DNA of 63,959 nucleotides, filler included, from Dimargaris cristalligena (GCA_003614675.1; 19 parts of 19 records of this genome joined end to end with filler, not necessarily neighbours in it), one strand, 5' to 3'. Shown: positions 11,267-25,161, counted from the first letter of the whole stretch. Program-made: numbers and translations. Notes: generated by a model from the letters alone, not told the origin.

Positions 11267-13715
11267 GGTATTTGAAGTGCCGTTTGTCATACCATGATTG
11301 ATTATTAGTGATGGATTACAAATCCCATCCATGACTCAGTCAGTTTTATGTGTAGCTTGCTTATCTGTTATTGCTACAATTAATAACAAGCAACTTTATA
11401 ATCATTGCTTTACTGGCAATGGATCCATCAATCATAGCTTTGTTTTAATCTTTTGGTATCTATACTGCGTAACAAATAGCAAATATATAGTACTCAAAAT
11501 TGCACATCAAAAAAATGCAGGAATCCTGAAAATGAACAGGCAACAGTCCTCTACTTATAAAAGGGCATTATTTTGTTTTATACTGTTATCCTTACAAAAT
11601 AAAGATTTTTTATATTTCGCTAATATTTTCAAGCACTTTGGTGGTCATAGTCCCTTGCACCCCACAAATTGACCCAGCGCCCATTATGCGTAATGAACCC
11701 CCTGAAACCAACTGATCAGTGTCCTCAAGCATCTCCGAACCTGTTAGCTGGGGGCCCTCCATGGCGTAGAGGAATCCCAAAATGAAGGTCAAGACGGTTT
11801 CACAGCTTCCTAAACCTAGTGTCGACAATGAAGTACCCCCACACTACAATTACTCCATTGAATACCACTTTTCCACCCCCTATAGCCATTGAGGGATTAT
11901 ATCACTGCTGCTCAATTCGCCAGTTATGTGTACATCACCAATCCACCGAGTTAAATATGTACTTGTGATACCATTCTTTGTGGCCACTCCACCTACACAT
12001 AAGCCCACTTTCATATTGGCTATGGCAGATTCAATCCCTTAATAAAAGCAAGTATTTCCCGGTGACCAATTGCCTGGAGTTCCAAAAAAAAAAGTAGTGC
12101 AATGAATTGGAACGGGAGAGTTAGGAAAGGCCCTGAGTTCTAACTAGTGGGGGCTGCGTATTGGAATGCCTGAATATTACAGTCATTAGGAGTATTTATG
12201 ACGGTTACGGTAAATGCCAATTGAATGATGTACGCACTTCTTTACCCCCTCTACTACAAGGAAAATATGTCAAGTTGAACAGTCCTGTTGGTTAAAGAGA
12301 ATTAATGAGGTTGGGAGCAACCACCCCTTTTTGCCCTGGACTTCCTTCCAAACGGAATCACTTCGAATCTCAGAGAGGGATAGCTACCGATAGTCATATG
12401 CTAATGCTTATTAGATATTATATTTAGATGATCAAGCATTGCATTTTTTAAATGCCAACTAAATTATACTAAAAGGATGAAGTACTCTCACCTTTGTCCA
12501 TCCAGGCAGCTCACACATCACAAAGGTTTTATATTTGCTCTAAACTGTACGATCAGCTCCTATTTAATTTCGAATTTATTAATACTAATTGTCGCCAGCA
12601 CCCATGGCCTACACCAATACCAGTAGGTCCGCGCTTATGGTCACCATCACTAAGTCGGATTTTAGACTGTAGGATATCGCGATAATTATATTAGGCTACC
12701 GGAATATCAGTAATGACTAGTCCCCTGACAACTTTAACTTGTTTTATATTCGAAGGTGCTACTAATCCTTTATTTTATAAGTATGCCACTTATTGGAATA
12801 ATATTAATAGAAAAGTAAGCTTTATTGGATAATAGCAGAATAAAATATTATGAAACTGAATCCCATAAGGAGCTAAAAAGCCCTAATTGAGGTACTGTAT
12901 GTTGGCCCACCTAAGCCTTCCTAATACAGGAATACTGATTGTCCTGTCCTATCTTGCATTATTGCACCATATTAGTCTTCTCTTGCTATATAACCCACTA
13001 TGACCAGGTCCCAACACTTCTCACATAATACCCCACTTACTGATCCAATACTCCTCCTTCCTTTGTGGAGTCTTCCAGACACAAGCCCCCCAGTTGAGAC
13101 CCTGACCCTTGCCTCTCTTTAGTCATCCCATTGCTCCTGGGACCTCTTATTATGAGTGGTCCCCATGTATAAATAACCAGGCCTCTCTGGGACTGGCTCT
13201 GTTCTTTAGCTTATTCTTACCCCCCAGTTTACTCAATAAACTCCTAAATACACTCACCCGCCCTTGTACTGACCAGTAAGTGTGCACTGCTGCACGTCCC
13301 TTACATAGTTATCACACTTGCCTTTATTTGGTTAGTACTGACCCTTCCCTAATGCTAGTAGCTGCTTGGCCGAGTCTAAGCCTGCCTACCATTAGAAGCC
13401 TACCCCCGGGACTCTTGACAGACTAAGAGTGGTTAACCTGGGTGACACTTATTATTCCAATATGATAAAGTATACAAAAACTACAGCCTCTATTCAAATG
13501 TCTAAGTGGTATTCATACTATTTCACATTTTAGGGGCACTGGTTAAGATNNNNNNNNNNNNNNNNNNNNNNNNNNNNNNNNNNNNNNNNNNNNTTAATTA
13601 ATTAANNNNNNNNNNNNNNNNNNNNNNNNNNNNNNNNNNNNNNNNNNNNCTAAACTTAGTTAAACTTTGACATTTATATTTTTTGTATGACAATTGACGC
13701 ATTTACTTACCCACC

Positions 13716-15988
13716 ATGCCCGCTCTCAACATATGGTAAGTCCGACCGAAGCCCGATTCCCGCTTTGCGAAACCCTCAGGATTCCGTGACCTGCCCGCGT
13801 CCTAACATCGGCCTCCCCCGCCTCCGCATCCCGCGGGCTTAAACTACGCACCCCTCGCATGCACGGGCCTTTATAACTTGACCCTCCTATAGCCACTAAC
13901 GCCCATTTCACAGCCCGTGCCAATGGGCCACTCCCTTATTCCGCTACCCCAGTCTTGCGTCAGACTTTTTTTATCCCAACACCGGTGGGGTCGAAGCCCA
14001 TCTGTATAGCCTGTCCCAATGCCTCCTCCGGCGAGGACATAAAGTAAGTAACTAGAAGAATACCTTGGTCAAAAGTATAGAGTGCCTTCATATGGCCATT
14101 TCTATTACCATAGTCTCTGGGCCTTGGACCTCCCGAATCGCTACGCCACCTGCTAATCACCTGTTTATTTGGAAAAATAACCACCACCGCCCCCTCATTC
14201 CACCGGTGGATTAGGTCATCATTATTACCCACGCCTACGGGAAGCGCACCGGAGTTCGGTATCTATCGGACGGATTGAAGGTCTACTACATCCCGGGACT
14301 AGTCATCTACAACCAAGCTACACTGCCCACCGTGTTCGGCAACTTCCCCATTTTCCGCTACATTTTTATCCGCGAACAAATCCAGGTGATACACGGCCAC
14401 GGCTCCTTATCGCCCTTCTGCCACGAAGCCATCCTCCACGCCCGCACCATGGGACTCAAGGCCTGCTTTACGGACCACAGTTTATTCGGCTTTGCCGATA
14501 CGGGCAGTATCATCACCAACAAAATGCTCAAATTCACCCTATCCGATATTGACCACGTCATTTGCGTTTCGCACACGAGTAAAGAGAATACGGTACTGCG
14601 GGCCGCCTTAAACCCCCTCAACGTATCCGCGATTCCCAACGCTATTGTAGGATCGTTACTCAAACCCGACCCCACGGCCGCGGACCCCGAGTGGATCACC
14701 ATCGTCGTGGCCTGTCGGTTAGTCTACCGCAAGGGGATCGATTTATTGGTGGCCATTATCCCGCGCATCTGCCACCAGTACCCCCGCGTCAAATTTATCA
14801 TCGGGGGTGATGGGCCCCGCCGCATTGATTTGGAACAAATGCGCGAGAGCTACGTCCTACAGGACCGGGTCGAGCTCCTGGGGGCCGTCCAAGCCGCCGA
14901 CATCCACAAACTGCTGGTCCGGGGTAATATTTTCCTCAATACCAGTTTAACGGAAGCCTTCTGTATCGGGATCGTCGAAGCGGCCTGCTGTGGCCTGCTA
15001 GTGGTGACTACTAAAGTCGGCGGAGTGCCCGAAGTGCTTCCGGAACATATTATCAAATTTGCGGCTCCCGAAGAAGATGGTAGGTTATTTAGATCCCACC
15101 CACCCCCACCTCTCTCGCATTTTCTCTATATATCCCGTCAACTTATGGTAACACCGATTAGTTCAAGGCACTACTAACATCCCGTACTCTCCATTGGCTG
15201 TTTATTCTTTTCTTCATTTCATAGATCTGGTTCGAGCGGTTTCGTTGGCTATCGAGACAGTACACGTCCGCGACCAGCGCCCTGAATTGGATCCGTTCGT
15301 GCTGCACGAAACTGTCAAACGCATGTACAGTTGGATGGACGTGGCAGTCCGTACCGAACGTGTATACTACTCCATTATGAAAGTGGAGGCACCACCCCTC
15401 ATTGAGCGTCTGCGCAGGTAAAATATATTCCGGCACATCTATGGTACATCTTTTGCGCCAATGCCCCCTGTAGCGGAACATGCATTCCTGAATATAATGA
15501 AGGTGCGGAGCCTTTGGATCTAGAGAAATACAGACATCCTCTTGATTTACCCATTTTTATTGACGCCTTGTTTGATTCTAACTCGTATTATATAACGATG
15601 CCTGTGATTGGGCGGGGTAATATATATATTTGCCTTATTTCACGCCCAACTCTCTCCAGATACTATGGCTGCGGCCAGTGGGCGGGTAAACTATTCTGTA
15701 TATTAGCAGCCATTGATTTCTTACTCTATCTATTCCTTGAGTGGGCCTTTCCGCGCCAGAATATTGAAATTGCCCCCCGGTTCGACCATAAGCGATACGT
15801 CGAGGTAAGTAGCCCCAAATACCAGTTGGCACTCGGCAGTAATGAATGTAGTCATAAATATAGCAGTTTGCCCCTTTTGATGCCACCCTCATTTCAATAG
15901 TATACTATGCTAAGACTGACAGGTTTGTATTTGGGTTTATTTGTTTATCCCACAATAGGATAAACGAAAAGAGGCGGAAATGAAATAG
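13716..15988 (+). CDS. SPT14: Phosphatidylinositol N-acetylglucosaminyltransferase subunit A (PIG-A/GPI3)
   Basis: Exons 13716-13735, 13953-14043, 14215-15079, 15225-15417, 15660-15804 and 15959-15988 with GT-AG introns. Motifs [32 protein letters not shown] and [11 protein letters not shown]. Confidence 0.96.
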
Positions 15989-16201
15989 CAATAAATAAGA
16001 TTGGTGGATAGTGTAATTTTTTTGACACATTTCGATGTGCGACGAAATCCAGAAGGCGGTTTGGCGTCATTGATTGGTGATTTTAGGTGGAAGAAAAAAA
16101 ATATCTATGGAATAATACAAATAACCAGTAGGTCGAATTCGGCCAGGGTGGGCATCAAATGCGATAATGGGGAGGGCTTATGATTTGCCCTTTTGCTGCG
16201 T

Positions 16202-16951
16202 TTACCGAGTCACGCATAAGGCCACCCCTGCGACCACGAGAGACATTCCCAGCCAGGTTTCTAAAGTAGGAATATATGGAGCACATAAAGTATATAGATC
16301 GAGTTGGTTAGACCTGCCCAATTGCTTTAAAGTCAAATGGATATGCCGGGGGGTGAGATTGCTTTTCAGTGGTGGTGGTGAACTTACTCTTTGAGCCGAT
16401 ATCCTCGCCGAGAAGATAGCCGGCCAAGGCGGTGAAGACAAAAGTAAGCGAGTTGGTAATGGGCACCGCCAGAGAAAGGTCTGCACAAGGGTTGTGTATA
16501 GTGGGAAAAAATACAGATGGTTCAATTCCAGGGGCGGTATATTAGATATCAGCAGGGATGGCTTTGAAGGGCGCGGCGGAGAGCCGGATATCTCCCTTCT
16601 ATACCAGGCCAACTCGGCTAACAGGAAAATCCGGACATTGTGGATTGGAATAATACTATGTAAAATATGATTGGTGGTACACTTACCTGATTTCCCCAGG
16701 GTGTAATAATAGACCATGGAACCACTTAAGTTTAGGGCCAGCGGAAGCACATACTATATGGGGTAAGCAATTGTATCAGGGTAGAACAATGGAGTGGGTT
16801 AGAGAAATGGTCAGATCGCCAAGCACAATAAAAATGGGTTTTTTTGGGGGGGGGGTAAGCCTCACGTGGATTGAGGAGAGGGGAGGGGGAAATCGAGGCG
16901 ACAGCATTGTAATTAGCGATATCTTTACCTGCCACCGGGTCAAAAGGTACC
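16202..16951 (-). CDS. TMEM234-family membrane protein (5' truncated, intron-containing)
   Basis: Spliced peptide [49 protein letters not shown].../[16 protein letters not shown]. Confidence 0.85.
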
Positions 16952-17051
16952 NNNNNNNNNNNNNNNNNNNNNNNNNNNNNNNNNNNNNNNNNNNNTTAAT
17001 TAATTAANNNNNNNNNNNNNNNNNNNNNNNNNNNNNNNNNNNNNNNNNNNN

Positions 17052-17121
17052 CCTTTCCCTTTTATTATCTATCTTTTCAAATAAAGTTCAGTTTTCAAGG
17101 ATTTGAGTTCAGTTCTTTACA
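17052..17121 (-). repeat. LTR-like family D end (TGTAAAGAACTGAA...)
   Basis: The same terminus occurs at 23627-23742 and 26989-27125, each running into a contig end. Confidence 0.85.
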
Positions 17122-17395
17122 ATAGTACTCTTACCCGATATAGTTTGCATTTGATGCCCCATTGGTTACCTTGGGCTCATACAGGGCAAACTCGAAGCTG
17201 GCCATACTCAACACCTTATATAAATACTGCCCTCAAGCCTCCCTCTTTTTACTCACACATCTACCCTTCCTCTTCTCTTTCCCCAACCCCCAACTTAGGT
17301 TTTAATTCAATTTTTGTCCCCACCATACTTTTCACTATAGCCCTATTCTTCATTCCGCCCAGCCCATTAAATGACTACAACCCCTTAGTATAGCC

Positions 17396-19043
17396 ATGAA
17401 GTCCATCTGTTGCTCAGCTTTGCTGGTGGGTATGATTTTGGCCCACTACACCATGGCTTTTCCTTCCACTGACCCCACCACCCCCGAGCCCCCTTCTCAA
17501 GCTTCAACTAGATGGATACCTTGTTTAAAGTCCCTGTACAGCAGTAGATGGTATCCAACTTCTACTAACACCCCCGAACTGCTTCAAGACACCATGCCAG
17601 GCATATTCAAAGATACAGATGACAATACCCAATCGAAGAGGTTAGCCACAAATAATCCGGGAAATCTGCCCCAGGAAATTAAAGAACAAATAAACCAGCA
17701 CCTGAGTATTGTCGATTTAGCCCACGCTTCCCAAGCATCCAAAGGGTTCCAGGAATTAGCATTGGCTGACAAGAGATACTGAAAAAAAGTTGCAGTAAGT
17801 GAAATTTTCAGTACTATCTTTGCTTATTGGACATGTGACTAAGAATACATCTCCAAAAATCTGTTGACAAGACCAACATGGTCATTTCTAGGCAGGTCAT
17901 ATTATTGTTGCTATACCTTTAACTCCTTGTTAAGGTTTCCTCCCACCAATACTAAGTCACCTCTAACCCAGTCATTTTTTGTGAACATTGGACCTACTTG
18001 ATAGAGTTATATATATTTGCCTAATTTGCTAAAAGTGCTAATTTGGATGCACAGAGCAAGAAGCCAGGCTGCCATTATCAGCCAGGCCATGTGAGCTGAA
18101 CTAACCATCTCTGCATTCCATATCACATAACTAGACCTCAAAGTTCTTGGGATCTCACCCATAGGTGAAATAATCCCTGAATCCTATAGTCCAGAAGAGC
18201 GTGATGTGCTATTGAGCACCCCAGGATTTACAACCATGCTTACAGAACTATATTCCAACTGGTGTTATGTGCACCTTGGTCAGATGGATCAGGATCAGCT
18301 AACGTCTGCATTCCCATTCATGGAAGCCACCCTTTACAATGACATTGAGTGACTCTGGGCCACCACTTTCAAAATCCAATGACTGCAGGTTGATGATGAA
18401 AATATCACGGCCGTCGTTCCACAGCAATATACTGATTCCCATGTATAACCCCAGAAACCACTCCTTGAGTCGGTGTCTGAACTCCCAGCTTATACCCATT
18501 GTGGCCATTTTCATGATCATTGGTGCCTTGGCCGAGAAGGAAAAATTCGAATTACTCAGTGAGTATATTGTTAAGCTCCGAAAAATGAGTTCATGAAGAT
18601 TGGCATTGACAAACTTCACCAACCCACTGGCCTTAGAGTTGAATCTTAAGGGCGTCGCAAAACAGGCATTAAATTCTCTAAAGTGGGACGTCCAATGAGT
18701 CTACCAATGCACTATTATTTTTGGCTATAGTCAGGCAGCCCAGGTATTAGTACAATATCACCAAGAGGCTGTAGGGGTGCCAATAACAGAAAATATAGAA
18801 GAGCTTGGTCAGGAGTGGTGTTGTGATAACTACAGTGCCCCTGGTTATGTTTCTATTAAGTGCAGCACAGATACCAATGGTAATATGAAGACATCGGTCT
18901 CCTACCTTACCCTCCGCTCCGCCTTGCCCGTAGAGCCCAGTTTTCCTGAGTCAGCCTTTGAAGATGCAGCCGTAAGCAAAAAGCTGTTCGACCAGTGGCT
19001 CATGGACTCTCAATATAGCCAAGATGAAATCCTATTGACATGA
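17396..19043 (+). pseudogene. Signal peptide + F-box-like protein, decayed
   Basis: MKSICCSALLVGMILAHYTMA signal peptide and LPQEIKEQINQHLSIVDLAHASQASKGFQELA F-box pattern. TGA at 17780, GTAAGT donor at 17795, and a downstream exon with stops and a frameshift. TATATAAA lies upstream near 17217. Confidence 0.65.
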
Positions 19044-20533
19044 CAGAGAGTTACTTCTATCCCTATGGCAGGTGTGTGTACCACTGACACTGAAATGACA
19101 GCATCCTTGCTGGAGGATAGTTTGGTCATGGACCAGAGCAACTAGGAACCCAGACACTTAGAAGCCTCAGCCAGTGATGCATGATTTCCCTGTCTGTCAC
19201 CACCAATGACTCCGAATTACAAAGCCCAGTCCTTACCAACCAAGTATATCAAGAATGGTATCACCCAGTCATTGTCCATAGTTATCTCAAGGACACAAAC
19301 TTACCAGGGGTGAACCCTACATCCATCATTTATTTTCAGCTCACATGTTATAAAATCTCAACTAACTATATATATATGGTATTATATAGTAATTCTTTAG
19401 TTTACTTGTACTCCAATTGCTACTATATCACTTTGCTTAAATTTAAATTGCTATAAACCTACTAAATAAAATGCCCTTTTTATTTTCTATATTCATCAAG
19501 AGTACTTAAAATTGGACTATATCCAGGTGATTTTTTAGAGTGCCTGCACTCAGTTCATTCTAAAACATTTTATGCCAAAAAGTGCACCATCAGCCAGTGG
19601 TACTATATATTGACATTAGCCATCCATCACTGAAGAGTGGACCTAACTGAACCCACCATCTTGTTAACCCACTTGGTTGCCTTGTTTTGATCCGTTTTCT
19701 GTTTGTATTTAAGGTCAAGGAATTACCCTGAATAGTGCATTGTTTTCCCTGGTCTCTTACCTGACTTTTTTTAGAACAGCACTGTCAGATATCTAGGTGT
19801 GGTATTTGGTTTGTTGTATTATTTGGTCACAAGCATTATATGATAATTAAATATATCTACTTATTTGGCAGTTAAATCTATTTGTATACTATGAAGCTAG
19901 TATGTCATCCAGGATAGCACTGCTTAATTGAGTTTTCATGAAGGCCTAAGGGGACTTGTGATATTGTCTATTGGAAAACCAATGGTATGAATCTACTAAT
20001 TCTATGTAGTGAAGCACACTGGTTATTATTTTATATAATACAGTTAAAATCACACCCAGTGGAATTTAGAGGATTAATATACTTTAAATTAATCCCAAGA
20101 AATATCTAATATACTTGGTGTCACCCAGGTTAACCACTCTTAGTCCATCAAGAGTACTGAGGGTAGGCTTCTAATGGTAGGTGGGGCTTTAGACTTGGCC
20201 AAGCGGGCTACTAGCATCAGGGTGGGATCAGTACTAACCAATAAAGGATAAGTGCAGGCTAATGCAAGGGATGTACAGTGGGTGTGGTGAACTTACCACA
20301 TTTTTTACCTACTTTTATTTTTTATCTATTTTTCGCACTTATCGGAAGTATNNNNNNNNNNNNNNNNNNNNNNNNNNNNNNNNNNNNNNNNNNNNTTAAT
20401 TAATTAANNNNNNNNNNNNNNNNNNNNNNNNNNNNNNNNNNNNNNNNNNNNGTCCGATTTTACTATATCTTTTGACAATAAGGCATTTTCGCCTATTATT
20501 ATATTAGTCACTCTGCCATACCACAACAACTTA

Positions 20534-20652
20534 AGTTGTGGCCATATGTAACCGTTTTCACCGTATCCCGTTAGATCTGCGAAGTTAAGTGGTTATCAGC
20601 CAATTTAGTACTGAGGTGGGTGACCACTTGGGAATAGTTGGTGCTACAACTT
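20534..20652 (+). rRNA. 5S ribosomal RNA gene (dispersed copy)
   Basis: AGTTGTGGCCATAT...GATCTGCGAAGTTAAG...TTAGTACTGAGGTGGGTGACCACTTGGGAA...GGTGCTACAACT, about 119 nt, with a paired terminal helix and a TTTT terminator. Confidence 0.92.
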
Positions 20653-21577
20653 TTATATTTTTGCAAGTTGCTGGTAAGAGATCCAATTTTTAATTATTTC
20701 ATTATCACACCACTGGCTCTCAAGATCACTATTCCGTGGCCTTTATCTATTTCACCGCTTCATTTTTACTGGGTATATTATTATAAATGCCCAATCTAAA
20801 ACCCACTGCATTGATACTATACGAAAGGATACAATGTAAACCGAATGGCTACTCTTAAGCAACTCCATGATTAGCACCCGGGTAATGAATTAGCGTCATT
20901 TTACCACCTCCGCTACCAAAGTACTCCCTCACTCTTCAGGTAAAAACTGTTAAGTAGATTGTCTACCCGGATACTATACATATCTCGTTATTATACCTTC
21001 CCGCATGTGGTAGGGCATATTGATGCCATATTCGAACCATCTTTTTAGATTAAATGTCCAGTAACGGACTGGGCGACTCCGATATTGGGCTATACTCCGA
21101 ATCGCACTTAGCCATAGTGGAAACATTGGCGACATGCCAACGATTACCAACCATAAAAATGTTATATTTTATTAGATTCAATCTCGTTATCTACTAGTGC
21201 AATGTGCAATTCAAACAAACTTCGCGTTCGCCCATTCAGTACACTTAACTTCAAACAAGTCTATATTGCAATTATCGGATACGGACAAAGTAGTTCGACC
21301 TAACAAATTAATATCGGAATTGATGTTGGTATACGCATATATTTATCGGGTAGGTACACTATATAATAATAAAAAAGACAAATCCGCCGAAACTCGCAAG
21401 TGGTAAAGAAAAAGAAGGTAGGCATTAAAACAAAGGTGTAAGCATGGAAAGTAATATAATATAAAAATAATTGAGCAGTCCCACAGGAGGGTGTACATTA
21501 TCGACCACAAACTCACCCCGGTTGACCATGTGTAGACTAATAGGGAGTGCTTGGTCAGAACCGGGAGTTCCCAAGCA

Positions 21578-22279
21578 TTACAACGGCAGTAGAGAGGTGG
21601 CACTGCGCGTTAAGTTGGATGTGGCAAACCGCAGCGAATTGGTGCCTCCCGGGAAATAGGATACAAAATACCACACCAACGCCACAATCTGGACGATACT
21701 ACTCACGAGGGTCCCCAAATACGACTGACGACCCACGGAGAAGTACAGCGTCAAAACCATGGACCCGAAGTACGTTATCGTAAACGCCAGGCGGGACCCC
21801 GAAATCAGGTGGTAGAAATGGGCCTTGAGGCCGCGCAGGAAGGCGACCCCCACCATCAACAAGAGGCTGCCCAGGGTGAAAGCCGTGGCGAATTTCTGCG
21901 GGGCCAGGATGAGCATGGGGAGCGTAAAAAAAGCGAGGAGGAAACAAAAGACCCCGGTGATGGCGCAGAAAAAGAACGCGACGTAACGTTGCCAGAGGGT
22001 CATGGCAAACCACTCGCCGCTCGAATTCGAGTTCCCGAAGCCCTGGTCACCGGAATTACCGCTGCCCCCAATGAGACCGCCGATGCGATCGCGAGTACCC
22101 GACGCCCAGTCACCTACGGGTTCCGTAATGCGATCCAGCCGCCAACCCGACAGGAGGCCGGAGGACGCTGTGGGGGAGTCGTCGCTGTGAAAATTGCCAG
22201 AACCATACACGCGATTGGAGGATAGGGGTTCGGGGGCCGTTTGGGTTTTCAACGAGCGGAGGGCATCCGTCAAGGACAT
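21578..22279 (-). CDS. SFT2: Got1/Sft2-family vesicle transport protein
   Basis: Intronless 233-aa ORF from MSLTDALRS with four TM segments. Motifs PQKFATAFTLGSLL, YFGSMVLTLYFS and WYFVSYFPGG. Confidence 0.92.
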   Translation of the reverse strand: MSLTDALRSLKTQTAPEPLSSNRVYGSGNFHSDDSPTASSGLLSGWRLDRITEPVGDWASGTRDRIGGLIGGSGNSGDQGFGNSNSSGEWFAMTLWQRYVAFFFCAITGVFCFLLAFFTLPMLILAPQKFATAFTLGSLLLMVGVAFLRGLKAHFYHLISGSRLAFTITYFGSMVLTLYFSVGRQSYLGTLVSSIVQIVALVWYFVSYFPGGTNSLRFATSNLTRSATSLLPL

Positions 22280-24284
22280 GGTAGCAGATTCAACCGGTAT
22301 TGGGTATATAAAACTATATGACGGGGTGGGGGACGAGCGCGTGTGTGTACGAATACTGGGCTGGGGGCGGATGGGGAGGGGGGAAATCAAGGAAAGGAGA
22401 GTGGTGAAGATGAGAAAACGTGGAGTATAAAGGAGCGGTGGGATGCCGCCTCAGTCAAATGGAAAAGGCAGTCGATTCGAAATAAAAGTAAGCGAACTGG
22501 CGGATTATATGCTTAACGATGAATAGATGAAAGGAATCGACGGCCATCCACAGCGGAGTGTTATGTTGGTGGACTTTTCCAATAACATAGCTTAAGACTG
22601 TACCACGGTTTGCCAAGAATTAAACGCAGGTTGAACTGCAGTGGAGTGGTAAAGCAGGAGGCAGTTCCTCACTCACTTCCGCCCTTAGGTCTATTGTAGT
22701 TTTTTATCAAGTATGAACCTCCAATGCCCCGTGGCCACCATATTTATACTCAGCCCACACCATTTCTTATCCAGCCACGCTTATTTGAAGGCTCACAATG
22801 GTTCCATAGTCTATTCACTTGTTATCTCAGCATTACTGGTAAAGAATGGTAATTGTATGAGGCAACTTGTTATATATTATTTCATTTCTTGGAGCTCACA
22901 CAGAACAATTCAATAAATAGTAATATAGAAAAAGGGACCAGCTATTATTAATTCAATTCTCTTAGCTGGCTATGGTTTATCTCACCTTACTCCTACCTCT
23001 ACGGAAAGTGATAGTCAATAAATTGCCAATAGCCCCTTGTTTACTCTAACTCCTACACATCACCCATCCCCTAAATTATCTCTATGGTGCTTTGGATTCC
23101 TTAAGATAAATCTGAATTGCACTTCTATCATCCTTTGACTACAGACCACTAAAATGTTAGTGGAAATTGATTGGATTAGTTACTGTTTGAAACAAGCTAG
23201 GAATAGAAGAATAGGTGGGCCTATACCCCTCTCAGAAATGGCCAGCCCAAGAAACAGAACAAGCATTATTTACAAATATTAATGCTCAACAATTTACTTT
23301 AGAGCTAAGTTAATATAATTACCCTTGAATAGCCCAGTTTACCCAATGACTTAGAATATAGTAATTATAGTAGGGAAATGGGTAAAAACACACTCAAATA
23401 AGGGACAGTGGGAGTTGCTGAGGTGGTCATGCCTGTGGTAAAATTACTCAAGGCTACTAAAAAAATTTGCACATCATTGAGCAGCTATATGTCCCTCATT
23501 CTCAAATCCATGGTATCCCTACTGTTGGGATAAACTTGCAGTCACACTTTATCAACATTGAACCAGGTTCAAAAGACTATCAATAAATAAACATAAAACT
23601 ACTAGTAGTTACTGAGAATTACATACTGTAAAGAACTGAAATCAAATCCTTAAAAACTGAACTTTATTCAAAAAGATAGATAATAAGAAGGGAAAGGTGA
23701 TGATAGACTTGCTGTTCCAAGAGGTGGCAGCAAGGGGGAGTANNNNNNNNNNNNNNNNNNNNNNNNNNNNNNNNNNNNNNNNNNNNTTAATTAATTAANN
23801 NNNNNNNNNNNNNNNNNNNNNNNNNNNNNNNNNNNNNNNNNNCAGGTGGTCCTACACCAATTATGAAACGATCTTGCTTGGGAATCTGCCAAATGTAGCA
23901 CCAAGGCGGCGGAATACCATTATGGGATAATAGGGCAGCTCCCCTACCACCCTGATATCAGGGTAATATATTTAGGGAGTATAAGTAAAACAAAGTACAG
24001 GGTGGAAATAGAACTTGATATTAAATATAATATATTCAAGCTGAGTTGATATTGGGTGGATTGCACTTTTCCCTCACCTCTTGAATTGAAAAAGGGAATT
24101 TGAATCCCAATATTAGTGGTGGAGACCCCTACCCTGTGGAAAAAGCAACAGGTTACACAGCTGTGCAACTTTTGGGGTTCACCAACAGGATTGGCTCTCA
24201 TATATTTCTTTTCAGAGGCATACCACCTTTACCACTTCCGTTAAAATGAGTATTACATAGGAACATACATTTGTAGTGCCATCT

Positions 24285-24380
24285 GGAGGTTGGCACTTAT
24301 CCCCAGACTATGGACAGCCAGTCATCATCATCAGGGGGCGGAATATACCATGATATACAATGATGGTATCATTCCCAGCA
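24285..24380. repeat. Interspersed repeat shared with 40480-40575
   Basis: GGAGGTTGGCACTTATCCCCAGACTATGGACAGCCAGTC is identical in both places. Confidence 0.8.
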
Positions 24381-25161
24381 TTTTCACACTGAAATTACTG
24401 CCTATACTGTGACATACACAAAAAAAAAAATCTTTATACTCATGGTTTGCATTAAAAAGTCCATTGTTCTTCCTTGCATTTAAAAGGCTGACCTATTTTT
24501 CAGTAGATTCCTTGTTATTCCATCTGGTTCTATTCTTGACCTTTTTTCTATGTCCCTTTCCTTGTATCCAGCAGCCCCTAAGGCCCACAGGATAGTTACA
24601 TAAGTAACCAGTGAATTCCCACTTGTTGGGAGGATAATTATTGCTCATTTAAATTTTGAAATCATTTTTGCTATTCCTTAAACTTGACCATGACTTTTAT
24701 TAATTACTAATTATTAACTCCCTTATTTTTAATATTTCTCAATAAGCTTTGATACTCCTCATTTATCCCCGTCCCCCATCTGATTTGCTAACCATATACT
24801 CCTCTGAAACCCCAACATGATGATACCCAACTCTGCCCCTGTCTCATCTAACTCCATGAACCTCCCATCTTCAACAACCAGGGAGCTGGCCACTGCAACT
24901 TTAGGCCATGCTGATAAGGAAGCCACTGCCTCCTTGTGAAACCCAAAAGCCACTGGCAACAGGCTGGACCTCCCAGGTAGTACACATTACATGGACCACT
25001 GTTAACTAAATGACCTAGTATTAGTTGACAGCCCCTATATTGTATCCCATAATATAAACCCATCTAACCAGATACCCAATAACCAACCTCATTCTTTCAG
25101 CTCTACACTCCCTTCCCCTCTCTTTATCCTCCTTCCTACCCCCCTACTTGACTAAATCACC

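Larger units (their letters stand above)
10248..13549. repeat. About 88-bp diverged inverted repeats at both ends of contig 4
   Basis: ATCTTAACCAGTGCCCCTAAAATG... at 10248 and its reverse complement ending at 13549. The differences are mostly transitions. Confidence 0.9.

Noticed and set aside
21699-22430. Several ORFs overlapping SFT2
   Set aside because: Shadow frames of a GC-rich coding sequence.
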